Assembly: GCA_048939765.1 (NCBI GenBank)
Contig: JBHLPF010000009.1
Coordinates: forward strand, 9,590-73,589
Reading direction: 5' to 3'
Origin: Promethearchaeota archaeon
Lineage (GTDB): Archaea; Asgardarchaeota; Thorarchaeia; Thorarchaeales; Thorarchaeaceae
DNA: 64,000 bases
Part shown: positions 37,608 through 47,472 of the stretch, piece by piece
Layout of the letters: every line of letters begins with the position of its first letter
Position numbering within the stretch: the stretch's first letter is position 1
Translations under genes and position numbers: made by a program
Notes under the pieces: generated by a model
What the model was told of the DNA's origin: nothing
The model's database searches: none
Seen by the model: only the letters and a program-made list of their open reading frames with translations

Positions 37608-38375
37608 TCAACTATCCCTTGCTCTCGATTCTAGCTCCTTCAATATGTTTTCAAGCCGTTGTTCAGTTTCTAGTGGAGAGAGACCCTGCTTCTTTGCCAG
37701 TGTAAGAAGCCTTCTTCTCTCCCTGAAGACAAATGGATTCTTCCTCATAGATGGATTCTCGTCCAGGAACTGCTTCACAACCTGCCTTGTGATGGCATCC
37801 AACAGGTCACTCATCGACTTGTGGGGTGAACGAGTCACACTAGAGAAGGCACCAAGATTGTCCAATCTCTCAACTATCTCTCGTCCGGATTCGTTAGGGT
37901 CGTCCTCCATGAGGTTGTAAGTCGCAATTGGCTTATCCCAGGCATATTTCGAACCAGGGACATCAAACTTCTCGGCTATCTTCTCTATCACACCATCTGG
38001 TACAGGCCTCTCTCTTTTCATATTCCATTGAATGGCGTCTTCAAGTGGAGTTGAAACGTGAACAACTGCAAAAGCGGTTTTGCTCTGCTCCGCAATTGCA
38101 AGGAGTTCATGCCTCATACTTGCATAGTAATTTGTGTCGTCATGGATTACGGATATGCCCCCTTGAAGTAGTCTGCGCGTGTTTTCAAGAGCCTCCTTTC
38201 TAACTTCATGTTCCTTTTCTGGCCTGAAATCTGAGTAGAACTCCTCATCGCGCCAACGATCAGTGCTTACAATCTCCACCTTGGTTACGTTCATGAGCTG
38301 ATCCTTGATGGCTTTGGCTAGAGTTGTTTTTCCAGATGATGGGATTCCGCAAAGTGCGAGTAGGAATCGCTCCAT
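37608..38375 (-). CDS. pstK: L-seryl-tRNA(Sec) kinase (PSTK)
   Basis: GIPSSGKTT, STD, DDTNYY.SMR, FDVPG.KYAWD.P; next to tRNA-Sec. Confidence 0.93.
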   Translation of the reverse strand: MERFLLALCGIPSSGKTTLAKAIKDQLMNVTKVEIVSTDRWRDEEFYSDFRPEKEHEVRKEALENTRRLLQGGISVIHDDTNYYASMRHELLAIAEQSKTAFAVVHVSTPLEDAIQWNMKRERPVPDGVIEKIAEKFDVPGSKYAWDKPIATYNLMEDDPNESGREIVERLDNLGAFSSVTRSPHKSMSDLLDAITRQVVKQFLDENPSMRKNPFVFRERRRLLTLAKKQGLSPLETEQRLENILKELESRARDS

Positions 38376-38463
38376 TTGACCTCGAGAAGTTGTATACGTG
38401 ACTGCAAAAGAATGCTGTGCTATGAAAGAGAGATGAGAGCTGTAGGGGGGATATATCCCTCCA

Positions 38464-39402
38464 CTACGGCTTGATTGTAATCCTCAGGCTGTTCGCCAAG
38501 TCCTTGTACCTGTTGCGTACTGTGACTTCGGTCACATTTGATGCCTCAGCAATCTCACGCTGAGTTCGTCTATCATCTGTGATAATCCCCGCAATGTAAA
38601 GGGCAGCAGCTGCAAGACCACCCGGGTCCTTGCCAGCTGTGATTCCCTGCTCTCGAGCATCGTTGATGATGCCCATCGCAGTCTGAACGGTCTTGCCGTC
38701 GAGTTGCAGGTCTGCAGAAATTCTTGGCATCAGATCATTGGCTGACGGTATTGGTACTTTGACATCAACATTCCGAAGTATGAGTCGAACGCACTGGCCT
38801 AATTCCTTCCTATTCACTCTGGCCTCAGTCACAATCTCATCAAGCTGCCTTGGAATCTTGTGAATTCGACAGGACAGATAGATGGTAGCAGCGACCATGC
38901 CCTCAATACTTCTTCCTCTGACAAGCCTCCTCGCGAGAGCCTTCCTGTAAATCAGTGCAGAGGTTTCTTTGGTTTCGTGAGGCACGCCGAGCTGTGATGT
39001 CAATCTGTCCATCTCACTCATAGCGATGCTTAGATTTCTGTGCTGAGAGCTATGAACAAGCGTCCTGATCTGCCACTTCCTCATACGATAGATTGCTGCA
39101 CGGGAACTAGCAGCTATGGTTCTACCATTCGCGTCTCTATCACTCCACCCGATTGTTGTGGCCAGACCCTTATCTGCCATTGTCAGAGTCATTGGTGAGC
39201 CGGTCCTGGCTCTGGCGTCTCTCTCTTCAGCAGTAAATGCTCTCCATTCAGGGCCTGAGTCAATATGTCTCTCGTTGATGACGCATCCACATGATGTACA
39301 GATGCTCTCTCCTCGAGTCAAGTCTTCATAGAAGTCGTTACCCCCGCAGATAGAACAGACTGCGATACCTTTCTGCTTCATGGGGCGGATTGGTCTTGCC
39401 AT
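38464..39402 (-). CDS. tfb: Transcription initiation factor IIB (TFB) paralog 2
   Basis: CSICG..CTSCG, GPEWRAF, RMRKWQ, GKDPGGLAAAALY, VTEVTVRNRY. Confidence 0.97.
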   Translation of the reverse strand: MARPIRPMKQKGIAVCSICGGNDFYEDLTRGESICTSCGCVINERHIDSGPEWRAFTAEERDARARTGSPMTLTMADKGLATTIGWSDRDANGRTIAASSRAAIYRMRKWQIRTLVHSSQHRNLSIAMSEMDRLTSQLGVPHETKETSALIYRKALARRLVRGRSIEGMVAATIYLSCRIHKIPRQLDEIVTEARVNRKELGQCVRLILRNVDVKVPIPSANDLMPRISADLQLDGKTVQTAMGIINDAREQGITAGKDPGGLAAAALYIAGIITDDRRTQREIAEASNVTEVTVRNRYKDLANSLRITIKP

Positions 39403-39608
39403 TCATGATCACCTTATGGACCCCAGCTCGGATATGGCCGCAAACATACTGCAAGTATTGCTGCGAACAAAAGTCACTCCGAGTGGAGTGTGTCCCGAAG
39501 CGCTAATTTATGTCTATATAAGTGTAAGCATCCGTGAAAATACGTACTGGATATTTTTGAGATAGAAAGTCGAACTGAGAGAAAAATACCCTCTCTTTTG
39601 AAGAGTTT

Positions 39609-39677
39609 GGCGGACGCCCAAAGTGTCTGGCTGTGTGGGGGCAGCCAGTCCATGGAGAATGGAGCTGGGCGTCCGCC
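39609..39677. ncRNA. Putative structured RNA element (three-way junction)
   Basis: Perfect 12-bp outer stem GGCGGACGCCCA/TGGGCGTCCGCC enclosing hairpins CTGGCTG/CAGCCAG and TCCAT/ATGGA. Confidence 0.55.
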
Positions 39678-39716
39678 TTTGTTCTCAGCGGGATTTTTGC
39701 GTAAGCGTGATGTCCA

Positions 39717-40286
39717 TCACTCTAGGCAGTACCATTCTTTGACAGATGTTTCGGGAATGATGTGGATGTTGTCGTAGTATGTGTGGTCAGTTTCCTCGAC
39801 TATTGTCTTCGAGAGTGCAATCTTGAACAGACCATCGCTCTTTCCAAGGAGATACCCTGCCAGATACTTGAGAGGCACATGTTGTTTATCGGCTTCCTCC
39901 TTGGTCATGGCGCAACACTCGACTCCTGGACTTTCATAGACCACTTCTACCATGTCGTGTGAATTACAGGCCTCCATGCGATTCAAGAACTTGGTTTCGT
40001 TCTTTATTCGTTCCATTCCGCTAATTCTCTCAGTCATGGACGCGTCATAGTGGAAGGGCTCATCCATCAGTCGGTGAATTGATGGAACCATAAAGAGAGT
40101 CTTGTCCTCCTCAGAGGCTATGTCATCCTTTCCTCCATCGACATAGCGTATGTCACTGCTCTCTCCGACCTTGTATCGGATCCAGTAGCGCTTGGCATCA
40201 GCCTTCTTGTCTTTATCTTCCTTCTTGATGTTCACCATTACATCCTCTTCTAGGACCAATGGCTGAAACGGGTTTTTCGTAACCAA
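39717..40286 (-). CDS. Hypothetical protein
   Basis: 189-aa ORF, TTG start with GGAGGA RBS. Confidence 0.75.
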   Translation of the reverse strand: MVTKNPFQPLVLEEDVMVNIKKEDKDKKADAKRYWIRYKVGESSDIRYVDGGKDDIASEEDKTLFMVPSIHRLMDEPFHYDASMTERISGMERIKNETKFLNRMEACNSHDMVEVVYESPGVECCAMTKEEADKQHVPLKYLAGYLLGKSDGLFKIALSKTIVEETDHTYYDNIHIIPETSVKEWYCLE

Positions 40287-40306
40287 TTAGTCATCCTCCA
40301 TGATTA

Positions 40307-40344
40307 ATTAACTATATCACATTAACTATAGTTATGCTTATAAG
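40307..40344. promoter_or_regulatory. Divergent promoter with repeat/palindromic operator-like site
   Basis: ATTAACTATA at 40307 and 40321; palindrome TAACTATAGTTA 40323-40334; CTTATAAG 40337-40344. Confidence 0.5.
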
Positions 40345-40373
40345 ACTTCCTCAATCTGTAATTATGAAACAGC

Positions 40374-40961
40374 TTGATGGACTACGTAGTGATTTTTCTC
40401 GGCGTGATGATCTTTGGACTTCAGCATAGTGGAGTCTCTGCCTTTAGGATCAAGAATCGAATAATCGATCGTTGGGGCAAGGAGGGCTATGCCAGACTAT
40501 TCACTACCACAAGTATTCTTTCCATTCTCGTTGCATTTCTGACGATGAACTACTGGGATTGGTTCTACTTCATCATAGATCCCAGTCTCGTCAATCTACC
40601 CCTCTTCATAACTGGCGCGTTCTTGGTCGCCTTTGGCTTAGTGGTGACTACGATGGCATCCCGTGTGATATCCGTCAGTACGGTGGCTGATATGAGAACC
40701 GACAGAGAACCAGAGCTTGTCACAGGCGGCATCTATTCACGGACAAGACATCCCCTATACTTGGCCACTATAGTTCTTTTGCTCGGCGCGGCTGCAATCT
40801 ATCCTTTTGATAGGGTGATTGTGTTCTCCCTTGTTCTGTCCACATATGTGTTGATTGGGGCATACTTGGAGGAGAGAAAACTCGTTGCAGTCTACGGTCA
40901 GAGATATCTTGAATATCGCAAGAAAGCTGGCTTTATGTTCCCTCGCATCAGGAACGTCTAG
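40374..40961 (+). CDS. NnrU / isoprenylcysteine carboxyl methyltransferase-family membrane protein
   Basis: FGLQHS, LVTGGIYS.TRHPLY, EERKL..YG..Y..YR. Confidence 0.85.
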   Translation: MMDYVVIFLGVMIFGLQHSGVSAFRIKNRIIDRWGKEGYARLFTTTSILSILVAFLTMNYWDWFYFIIDPSLVNLPLFITGAFLVAFGLVVTTMASRVISVSTVADMRTDREPELVTGGIYSRTRHPLYLATIVLLLGAAAIYPFDRVIVFSLVLSTYVLIGAYLEERKLVAVYGQRYLEYRKKAGFMFPRIRNV

Positions 40962-40972
40962 GCACAAGGTTG

Positions 40973-41410
40973 TTACTTCTCAATTCTAGAGAGATGCCGG
41001 GCTTGTTTGACTGCGGAAGCTGACACCTGATGGACCACTCCCTTTTCAACCACATAATGGTCTGTTTCAACCTCTGGAGTGAAGTGTCGTTTGATGTCCT
41101 CAATAAGAAAATGCAGTTGAACACAATGAGGGCTGCCATCAACGGTCAGAGCAGTCAGTCTGCTGATTTGTGAGTATCTTACTATCGATCCAATCTTGAA
41201 ACCTGCCTGGTTTGCATGGGTCTCTTCAAGGCACACACTTAGGACAGCAGAGCCACCATCTCTTTCTCGATGTTCCTCCACAATCTCAGGATATCGACTG
41301 TTCATGCAGCTCCCGACAAGGAGAAGCTTCCCTTTTTCTCTGAGGCGGGAGTCTCCAACATTAATACACATTAAATGCTCAGAATGTCCGCAACTGCAGT
41401 CCACTACCAT
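40973..41410 (-). CDS. Hypothetical Cys/His-containing (Fe-S-associated) protein
   Basis: LLVGSC, VCLE, LTVDGSPHCVQLH. Confidence 0.7.
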   Translation of the reverse strand: MVVDCSCGHSEHLMCINVGDSRLREKGKLLLVGSCMNSRYPEIVEEHRERDGGSAVLSVCLEETHANQAGFKIGSIVRYSQISRLTALTVDGSPHCVQLHFLIEDIKRHFTPEVETDHYVVEKGVVHQVSASAVKQARHLSRIEK

Positions 41411-42345
41411 TTCCTCCGAGGTGGAGCGTCTTGCTCTTGGTCCTCATCTTGCTCGATATGTTGCTCAACCAGTGGCGACGCTATACTCGCTACCATGTCT
41501 CCCTCAAACAGGTAGTTCATTCGGCTCAAAGAGACAACCGTGCCATCGTAGGGACAATGAACCTCGGACTTGTCTTGCACAACCCCCAGCACGTCGCCTA
41601 TTCTGACCTCCTCTCCAAGGTTCACATCAGGAATAAAGAACCCCTCCGCGTCAATATTGACTTGTTTCGTTCTGCCGGTGTAAACGCTCGATGTATCGAT
41701 GCTTTCTCCTGGTATCATGTCCTTCATTCTCATGAAGTTTAGAATTGCTTCCCTGACTTCTACTGCAGCCTGGGGCTCTATGCTTTCCCTTTCCCCTCGC
41801 ATCTCGATGGTGATTACTGCTATGCCTTCATGTGCCGCCTCTGTAGTCAAAGCACCTCGATTTCCCAGGCTCTGCACGACCAAGGGCAATCCAATCTGCG
41901 AGGCTAGATTTCGGACATGGATATACTCTCGATGCATTGCCACTGTATGACTGATGCAGGATTGTACTCCGGTCTTTAGGTGAATGACATAGTCTGCCTG
42001 TGAGACCTTTCTCCATATCTCCCACGCAATTCTCTGGGTGACGGTACCATGCTCATCACCAGGAAACACAGTATCTAGGTCCTTTGAGTCTAGAGGCGAC
42101 ACTTTCGCCCCGAGCCTGAATGCAAGCGGACCCGCAACAGGGAGAAGTGTGACCGAGCCATCCACTCGTGAAAGGTCTTGGAGGTGCTTCATGATCAAGT
42201 AGCTCACGTAGACATCAGTAGCTGAGAGGCCATTAGCACCTGAGATTATCAAGATGTTAGGCCTATGCTGACCATAGGTGTAGAACCCCAGCGTCGTGCC
42301 GGTCTTTGCATCTATGTCCAGGGCATCTACCGTTGGTTTCACCAT
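41404..42345 (-). CDS. Succinylglutamate desuccinylase/aspartoacylase (M14) family protein with degenerate active site
   Basis: GSVTLLPV, DLD.VFPG...GT.TQRIA, ADYVIHL.TG, ITIEMRG; biotinyl-like C-terminus. Confidence 0.8.
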   Translation of the reverse strand: MVKPTVDALDIDAKTGTTLGFYTYGQHRPNILIISGANGLSATDVYVSYLIMKHLQDLSRVDGSVTLLPVAGPLAFRLGAKVSPLDSKDLDTVFPGDEHGTVTQRIAWEIWRKVSQADYVIHLKTGVQSCISHTVAMHREYIHVRNLASQIGLPLVVQSLGNRGALTTEAAHEGIAVITIEMRGERESIEPQAAVEVREAILNFMRMKDMIPGESIDTSSVYTGRTKQVNIDAEGFFIPDVNLGEEVRIGDVLGVVQDKSEVHCPYDGTVVSLSRMNYLFEGDMVASIASPLVEQHIEQDEDQEQDAPPRRKW

Positions 42346-42412
42346 CAGAAGACCTTCTCTCAATTTATGCTACTACTCAGAATGGAGGAATATGAGTTGG
42401 TGTAACACGGGA

Positions 42413-43048
42413 TTAGAGCCAGTTGAAGAGATACACATCAGTTTCATGATTGCGAGTCGCAAATGAATCATGTCGCCCAAGAGCATATTTGCTGTTCATC
42501 TTGAGATGGTCTTTCTCAAACAGCCCTGAGTGGACAGCACTATGTCTTCGGTCACCAATCCATATCATTGGAGAGCCATTTTCAGCAATCTCGAGCCCAA
42601 TGGATGAATAGAACGGTTCCCATGCCATCATCACAACATCAGGACGATATTTCGATACAGCTTCCATAGCGTCCAAATTCTCAACCCACTTTGGATAGGC
42701 GATTCCATAGCTGCCCATCCGTGCATCAGTTGCAATGATATCGGATTTAATATGCGGCTTTAGAAACTCCGTGAGTTTCCCGTCACCGCTCATCACTTCA
42801 AGGACAGTCCCATGTGGATTATGGGTTGACTGCAGGCCATTCAACAGATCCGCAAGCTCATTGATGAACTCGATACTATAGATTTGGAAAATCCATCTCC
42901 CCTTCTCATTCGCACCGCTACAGTACTTCAATACGTCATTTTCCGACTCGACTTCTTCAAAGAACTCCAGTACCCGCTGATAGGGAAGTAGTCTCTCATG
43001 CACATCGATATACTCGGTGCTAGATGACCGCGTCCAAATGTTTCCCAT
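42413..43048 (-). CDS. Hypothetical protein, SAM-methyltransferase-like fold
   Basis: VLEVMSGDG..IIATD..LDA.EA..PDVV..W. Confidence 0.65.
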   Translation of the reverse strand: MGNIWTRSSSTEYIDVHERLLPYQRVLEFFEEVESENDVLKYCSGANEKGRWIFQIYSIEFINELADLLNGLQSTHNPHGTVLEVMSGDGKLTEFLKPHIKSDIIATDARMGSYGIAYPKWVENLDAMEAVSKYRPDVVMMAWEPFYSSIGLEIAENGSPMIWIGDRRHSAVHSGLFEKDHLKMNSKYALGRHDSFATRNHETDVYLFNWL

Positions 43049-43277
43049 GGGCGAGTGATTTCTGTCTGCCTTTTCACTCTATCCATGGCCCCCTGCTATT
43101 CTAGGCTAAATTTAGTTGGCCAAAGGTCTAATAAGGGGCTGTCACGAGAACAACTTCGAGTGAGCCAGGATGGATTGCGTTCTCGAATATTAGAACGAAT
43201 GACTTTTGCGTTTCCTTTATAGAGGATACCGGCTACGGCTCCTCAAGCACTTCAATAATACATAGAGGCGTCCAGAG

Positions 43278-46178
43278 ATGAGTGAACAAGTCAAGTTTGA
43301 GAAGAAGTGGCAGAAAAGATGGGAGAAAGATCGTATCTTCGAAGTGGATCCCGATCCAAAGAAAGAGAAATTCTTCCTAACAGTCCCATATCCATACCCC
43401 AATGGTGCTTTGCATATAGGTCACGGTAGAACCTACACAGTAGGAGATTTAGTTGCGCGCTACAAGCGAATGCAAGGCTTCAATGTTCTCTATCCGATGG
43501 CGTCTCATATCACGGGCACACCCATCTTGGGCATTGTGGATAGAGTCAAGCATAACGACCCTGTGGCAATTGAGCAATACAAACGTGACTTGCGAGTCTA
43601 TCTAGATACTGAAGAAGAAGTTGATGAACAGGTAAAGAAGTTCGTTGATCCTTGGGCTACAGTATGGTTTTTCGCCAATGCAATCTCAGCCGACTTCAAG
43701 GCTCTAGGCTATAGCATTGATTGGCGCCGTCATTTCACAACAGGTGATGAGATCTATAATAGCTTCATCACTTGGCAATATAGTAAGTTCATGGACCTGG
43801 GCTACATCAAAAAGGGCTCTCATCCTCTTCTTTATTGTCCCAACTGTGGAAATCCAGTTGGTGAGGACGACATCCTAGTAGGGGTCAATGCAAAGGTCAA
43901 AGAATTCACTGCCATGAAATATCCCTTTGGGGATGGATTCTTAGTTGCCGGGAGCCTGAGGCCTGAAACAACCTTTGGCATCACAAACGTGTGGATTAAT
44001 CCAAAGGAAGAGTATGTTAGGGCTGATGTGGATGGAGAGAAGTGGATCGTTTCTACAGCAGCTGCAGAGAAGTTGAAGCTACAAGCAAAAGAGGTAGAAG
44101 TCCTGGGAACCTTCAGAGGCTCTGAGATCATCGGCAAGACATGTAAGACCATTCATGATGGACGCGACATCCCCATCCTGCCCGCAGAGTTTGTTGATGT
44201 GAACAATGCAACTGGAGTTGTGTATTCAGTCCCTGGTCATGCACCTTACGACTACATTGCTTTGCGTGACTTATGGGATGACCCATCGGGGCTTGAGCAA
44301 TACGGCATTACTGCAGAAGAAGTGAGAGCCATTGACATCATTATGATGATCGAGATTGAGGGCGGTAGTGACTTTCTAACAAAAGACCTAGTTGACAAAT
44401 TGGGTATTGCCAACCAGAATGACCTGGAGAAACTGGAGGAGGCGACTAGCGAGGTCTACAAGGCCGAGTTCTATGAAGGCATTATGATGGACAACTGCGG
44501 ACCCTTTGCAGGGCGAAAGGTAAGTGACGTCAAGGATGATGTCATTGCCTGGCTAAAAGACCAGAATCGAGGTGATGTGTTCTATGAGCCAGATCAGCGG
44601 CCAGTTGTCTGTAAGTGCGGAACAGACGTGCAGATCGCAGTTCTGGCTGGGCAATGGTTCTTGGACTATGAGAGTCCTGGCTGGAAGGACAAGGCGTGGG
44701 ACGCATTGAATTCAATGAAGATAATCCCTGAAACCTTCAGAATCATGTTTGAGTCGACCTTCGATTGGTTAGCTCAACGGCCATGTGCCCGGAAAAGAGG
44801 TATCGGGACTCCACTGCCCTTCGATCCAGAATGGATCATAGAAGCATTGTCTGACTCTACCATCTATATGGCATTCTACACAATCGCTCATATCATTGAG
44901 CAAAACAAGCTGAACGCCAAGCACCTTGCAGTGCCCTTCTTTGACTACGTGTTTCTAGGCAAGGGAAAACTCAACAAGGTCGGGAAGGAAACAGGAGTTT
45001 CACCAGAGCTACTAGGATCAATGCGTGAGGAGTTTCTATATTGGTATCCGAATGACCAGCGGCATACAGCTCCTTCGCATATATCAAATCACCTGAGCTT
45101 TGCCATCTTCCATCATGCAGCGATATTTCCCAAGAAGCACTGGATTAAATGCATCAGCATCAATGAACACATGAACATGGAGGGCGGAAAGATGTCGAAA
45201 AGCAAGGGCAACACCATCCCTCTGGGAGAGATTCCCACAAAATATGGGGCAGATGTGTTCAGAACTTATGTGCTGTCAGCAGCTGAACCAGGCAGTCTCA
45301 TGGATTGGCGCGAACGAGATGTGCCATCTGTAAGGAATCGCATCAAGCAATTCAGTGAGATCATGAAGAAATACTCAAGGAAAACGCCTAGGGCCTACAC
45401 AAAGAAGGACAAGCCAACAGAAACCACTCGATGGGTGCTGTCCCGCATAAATACCATCATCAAAGAGTGTACAGAATATATGGAGAACTTCAAGATACGC
45501 GACTATGCCATTACAGTCATGCCCGAGATGATACGCACGATCCATCACTATTTGAAACGGAATGTGCCCAAAGAAGAGCGCGAGGCGACCATGGCCTACA
45601 TATGCGACAAGTGGGTCCGATTGACTGCACCGATGACTCCGCATGTCAGTGAGGAGTTCTGGTCTAAGATGGACCGTGACGGCTATGTTTCGTTAGCGCC
45701 ATGGCCTAAGGCGGACAGAAGGCTGATTGATCCATCTGTTGAAATGGCCCAGCAGGTGGTCGAAGCCACGGTCAAAGACATCCGAGAGATTGCAAAGCTG
45801 CTGAAGGACAAGAAGGCGTCAGATGTCCATATCTATGTGGCACCTCAATGGATGTTCAAGGCAATGAACAGCATAAGGACAGACGATGTTTCGCTGATAG
45901 TGGGTGACATCATGAAACACTTGATGTCAAATCCAGACTACAGAAAACATGGGAAACAAGTCAAGAATATAGTCGATAGAATTGCCAAGGAAAATGGACT
46001 GTGGGACCACTCTAAGAGCGCAAAGGATGAGCTGACCGTCTTGAAAGACTCTGCTGAGTACATCTCTTCCGAGATTGGGATGAAAGTGACTGTCCATAGT
46101 GCAGTAAAGCCAGAATATGACCCTCAAAACAAGGCAAAATTCGCATTACCAGGTAGAGTTTCATTGTACTTGGAGTAG
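43278..46178 (+). CDS. leuS: Leucyl-tRNA synthetase (archaeal/eukaryotic type)
   Basis: PYPNG.LHIGH, LRPET.FG.TN, VP.HAPYDY, LSDSTIY, KMSKS. Confidence 0.97.
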   Translation: MSEQVKFEKKWQKRWEKDRIFEVDPDPKKEKFFLTVPYPYPNGALHIGHGRTYTVGDLVARYKRMQGFNVLYPMASHITGTPILGIVDRVKHNDPVAIEQYKRDLRVYLDTEEEVDEQVKKFVDPWATVWFFANAISADFKALGYSIDWRRHFTTGDEIYNSFITWQYSKFMDLGYIKKGSHPLLYCPNCGNPVGEDDILVGVNAKVKEFTAMKYPFGDGFLVAGSLRPETTFGITNVWINPKEEYVRADVDGEKWIVSTAAAEKLKLQAKEVEVLGTFRGSEIIGKTCKTIHDGRDIPILPAEFVDVNNATGVVYSVPGHAPYDYIALRDLWDDPSGLEQYGITAEEVRAIDIIMMIEIEGGSDFLTKDLVDKLGIANQNDLEKLEEATSEVYKAEFYEGIMMDNCGPFAGRKVSDVKDDVIAWLKDQNRGDVFYEPDQRPVVCKCGTDVQIAVLAGQWFLDYESPGWKDKAWDALNSMKIIPETFRIMFESTFDWLAQRPCARKRGIGTPLPFDPEWIIEALSDSTIYMAFYTIAHIIEQNKLNAKHLAVPFFDYVFLGKGKLNKVGKETGVSPELLGSMREEFLYWYPNDQRHTAPSHISNHLSFAIFHHAAIFPKKHWIKCISINEHMNMEGGKMSKSKGNTIPLGEIPTKYGADVFRTYVLSAAEPGSLMDWRERDVPSVRNRIKQFSEIMKKYSRKTPRAYTKKDKPTETTRWVLSRINTIIKECTEYMENFKIRDYAITVMPEMIRTIHHYLKRNVPKEEREATMAYICDKWVRLTAPMTPHVSEEFWSKMDRDGYVSLAPWPKADRRLIDPSVEMAQQVVEATVKDIREIAKLLKDKKASDVHIYVAPQWMFKAMNSIRTDDVSLIVGDIMKHLMSNPDYRKHGKQVKNIVDRIAKENGLWDHSKSAKDELTVLKDSAEYISSEIGMKVTVHSAVKPEYDPQNKAKFALPGRVSLYLE

Positions 46179-46370
46179 GGGGTCATCCTGGGATGAGATT
46201 CCCATCGTTGCTGTGACATGAAATCTAGGGTGAATTCTGAAGCTCCCGACTCAGTTGCTCTTGATTGAATCACATGAATGAAGCGCGAAATTCAATACCA
46301 CGGGATGGATTATTATGCTGGATTCTGCAGATTGATTGTGGCAATCTCTTCACCTTGGAGGTTATGACTC

Positions 46371-47423
46371 ATGCCTGACGGAACTAGTAAAGCGGGTCTT
46401 CCACCCGGAACTCCTGTGCATACAGGAATCGAGCGAACTGAGAAGGTCACCGTTGAGATTGTGGAGTACAATGAAGAGCAGATGAGTGAATACACTGCTG
46501 ACTGCATGCAGGACTGCGATCCGCCTCATGATTCAGTGAAGGTGAAGTGGATCCATGTCAATGGCGTTCATGATTTGGATATCATCAATTATATCGGAAA
46601 CGCATATGAAATACACCCGTTAATCCTGGAGGACATTCCAAGTGTCGGTCAGCGTCCCAAGGTTGAGGTGCTACAGAACAAGGTCTATTTGGTCCTGAGA
46701 GTCTTCGATATAGTAGGAGAGGATAGACATGTTGTCTCAGAGCAGTTGAGCATCATCCTGGGGAAGAATATCCTTCTCTCCTTCCAAGAGTCCTCGGAGG
46801 ATATTTTCAAAGCAATCAGAGACAGGCTTCGGAGACCCACAGGACGAATTCGAAAGGATGGTCCTGACTATCTGGCGTATGCGCTCGTAGATGTTGTGGT
46901 TGATGACTACTTTCGGGTCCTAGAGGAGGTCGGGGAGCAAATCGAGCGTTTGGAGGACGAGCTAATTGAGGAGGCAGACAGTGAGGTCCTCAGCCGTATC
47001 TATAGGCTGAAACGTACGGTCATTGCTCTTCGAAGGTATATCTGGCCTCTTCGTGAGGTTGTGTTTGCCCTAAATAGAGACGAAACTGAACTAGTGACTG
47101 ACACGACCAAGGTCTATCTTAGAGACCTATACGACCATGTGATCCGAGTGACTGACCTTGCCGAGACTTATCGAGAGGGCATCACGGGGATGCTGGATAT
47201 CTACCTCTCGACTATGAGCAATAAGATGAATGAAGTGATGAAGGTTCTCACAGTGATTTCCACTATCTTCATCCCCCTGACTCTGATGGCCAGTATATAC
47301 GGAATGAATTGGATCTGGATGCCCGAGCTTGATTTTTTCTATGGCTATCCAGTATTCCTCATGGTTATGCTGCTCATCACCGTCATCTTGGTGATTTACT
47401 TCAGACGCAGGGGCTGGATCTAG
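46371..47423 (+). CDS. corA: Magnesium/cobalt transporter CorA
   Basis: GLPPG, HPL.LED, QRPK, YLRDLYDH, N.VMKVLT, YGMN, MPEL. Confidence 0.96.
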   Translation: MPDGTSKAGLPPGTPVHTGIERTEKVTVEIVEYNEEQMSEYTADCMQDCDPPHDSVKVKWIHVNGVHDLDIINYIGNAYEIHPLILEDIPSVGQRPKVEVLQNKVYLVLRVFDIVGEDRHVVSEQLSIILGKNILLSFQESSEDIFKAIRDRLRRPTGRIRKDGPDYLAYALVDVVVDDYFRVLEEVGEQIERLEDELIEEADSEVLSRIYRLKRTVIALRRYIWPLREVVFALNRDETELVTDTTKVYLRDLYDHVIRVTDLAETYREGITGMLDIYLSTMSNKMNEVMKVLTVISTIFIPLTLMASIYGMNWIWMPELDFFYGYPVFLMVMLLITVILVIYFRRRGWI

Positions 47424-47472
47424 CATTGCCATATGTTAGCCCTTAATACATGATTGAGCTGACGCTGGTTCA

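Noticed and set aside
37361-37705. ORF-track ORFs overlapping tRNA-Sec
   Set aside because: Spurious; the region is explained by the tRNA and PSTK
39474-39719. Sec read-through of the UGA ending 39717-40286; the frame stays open for 80 more codons across the structured element
   Set aside because: The extension is not protein-like and runs through the tfb2 promoter, and the element lacks a SECIS GA/GA core
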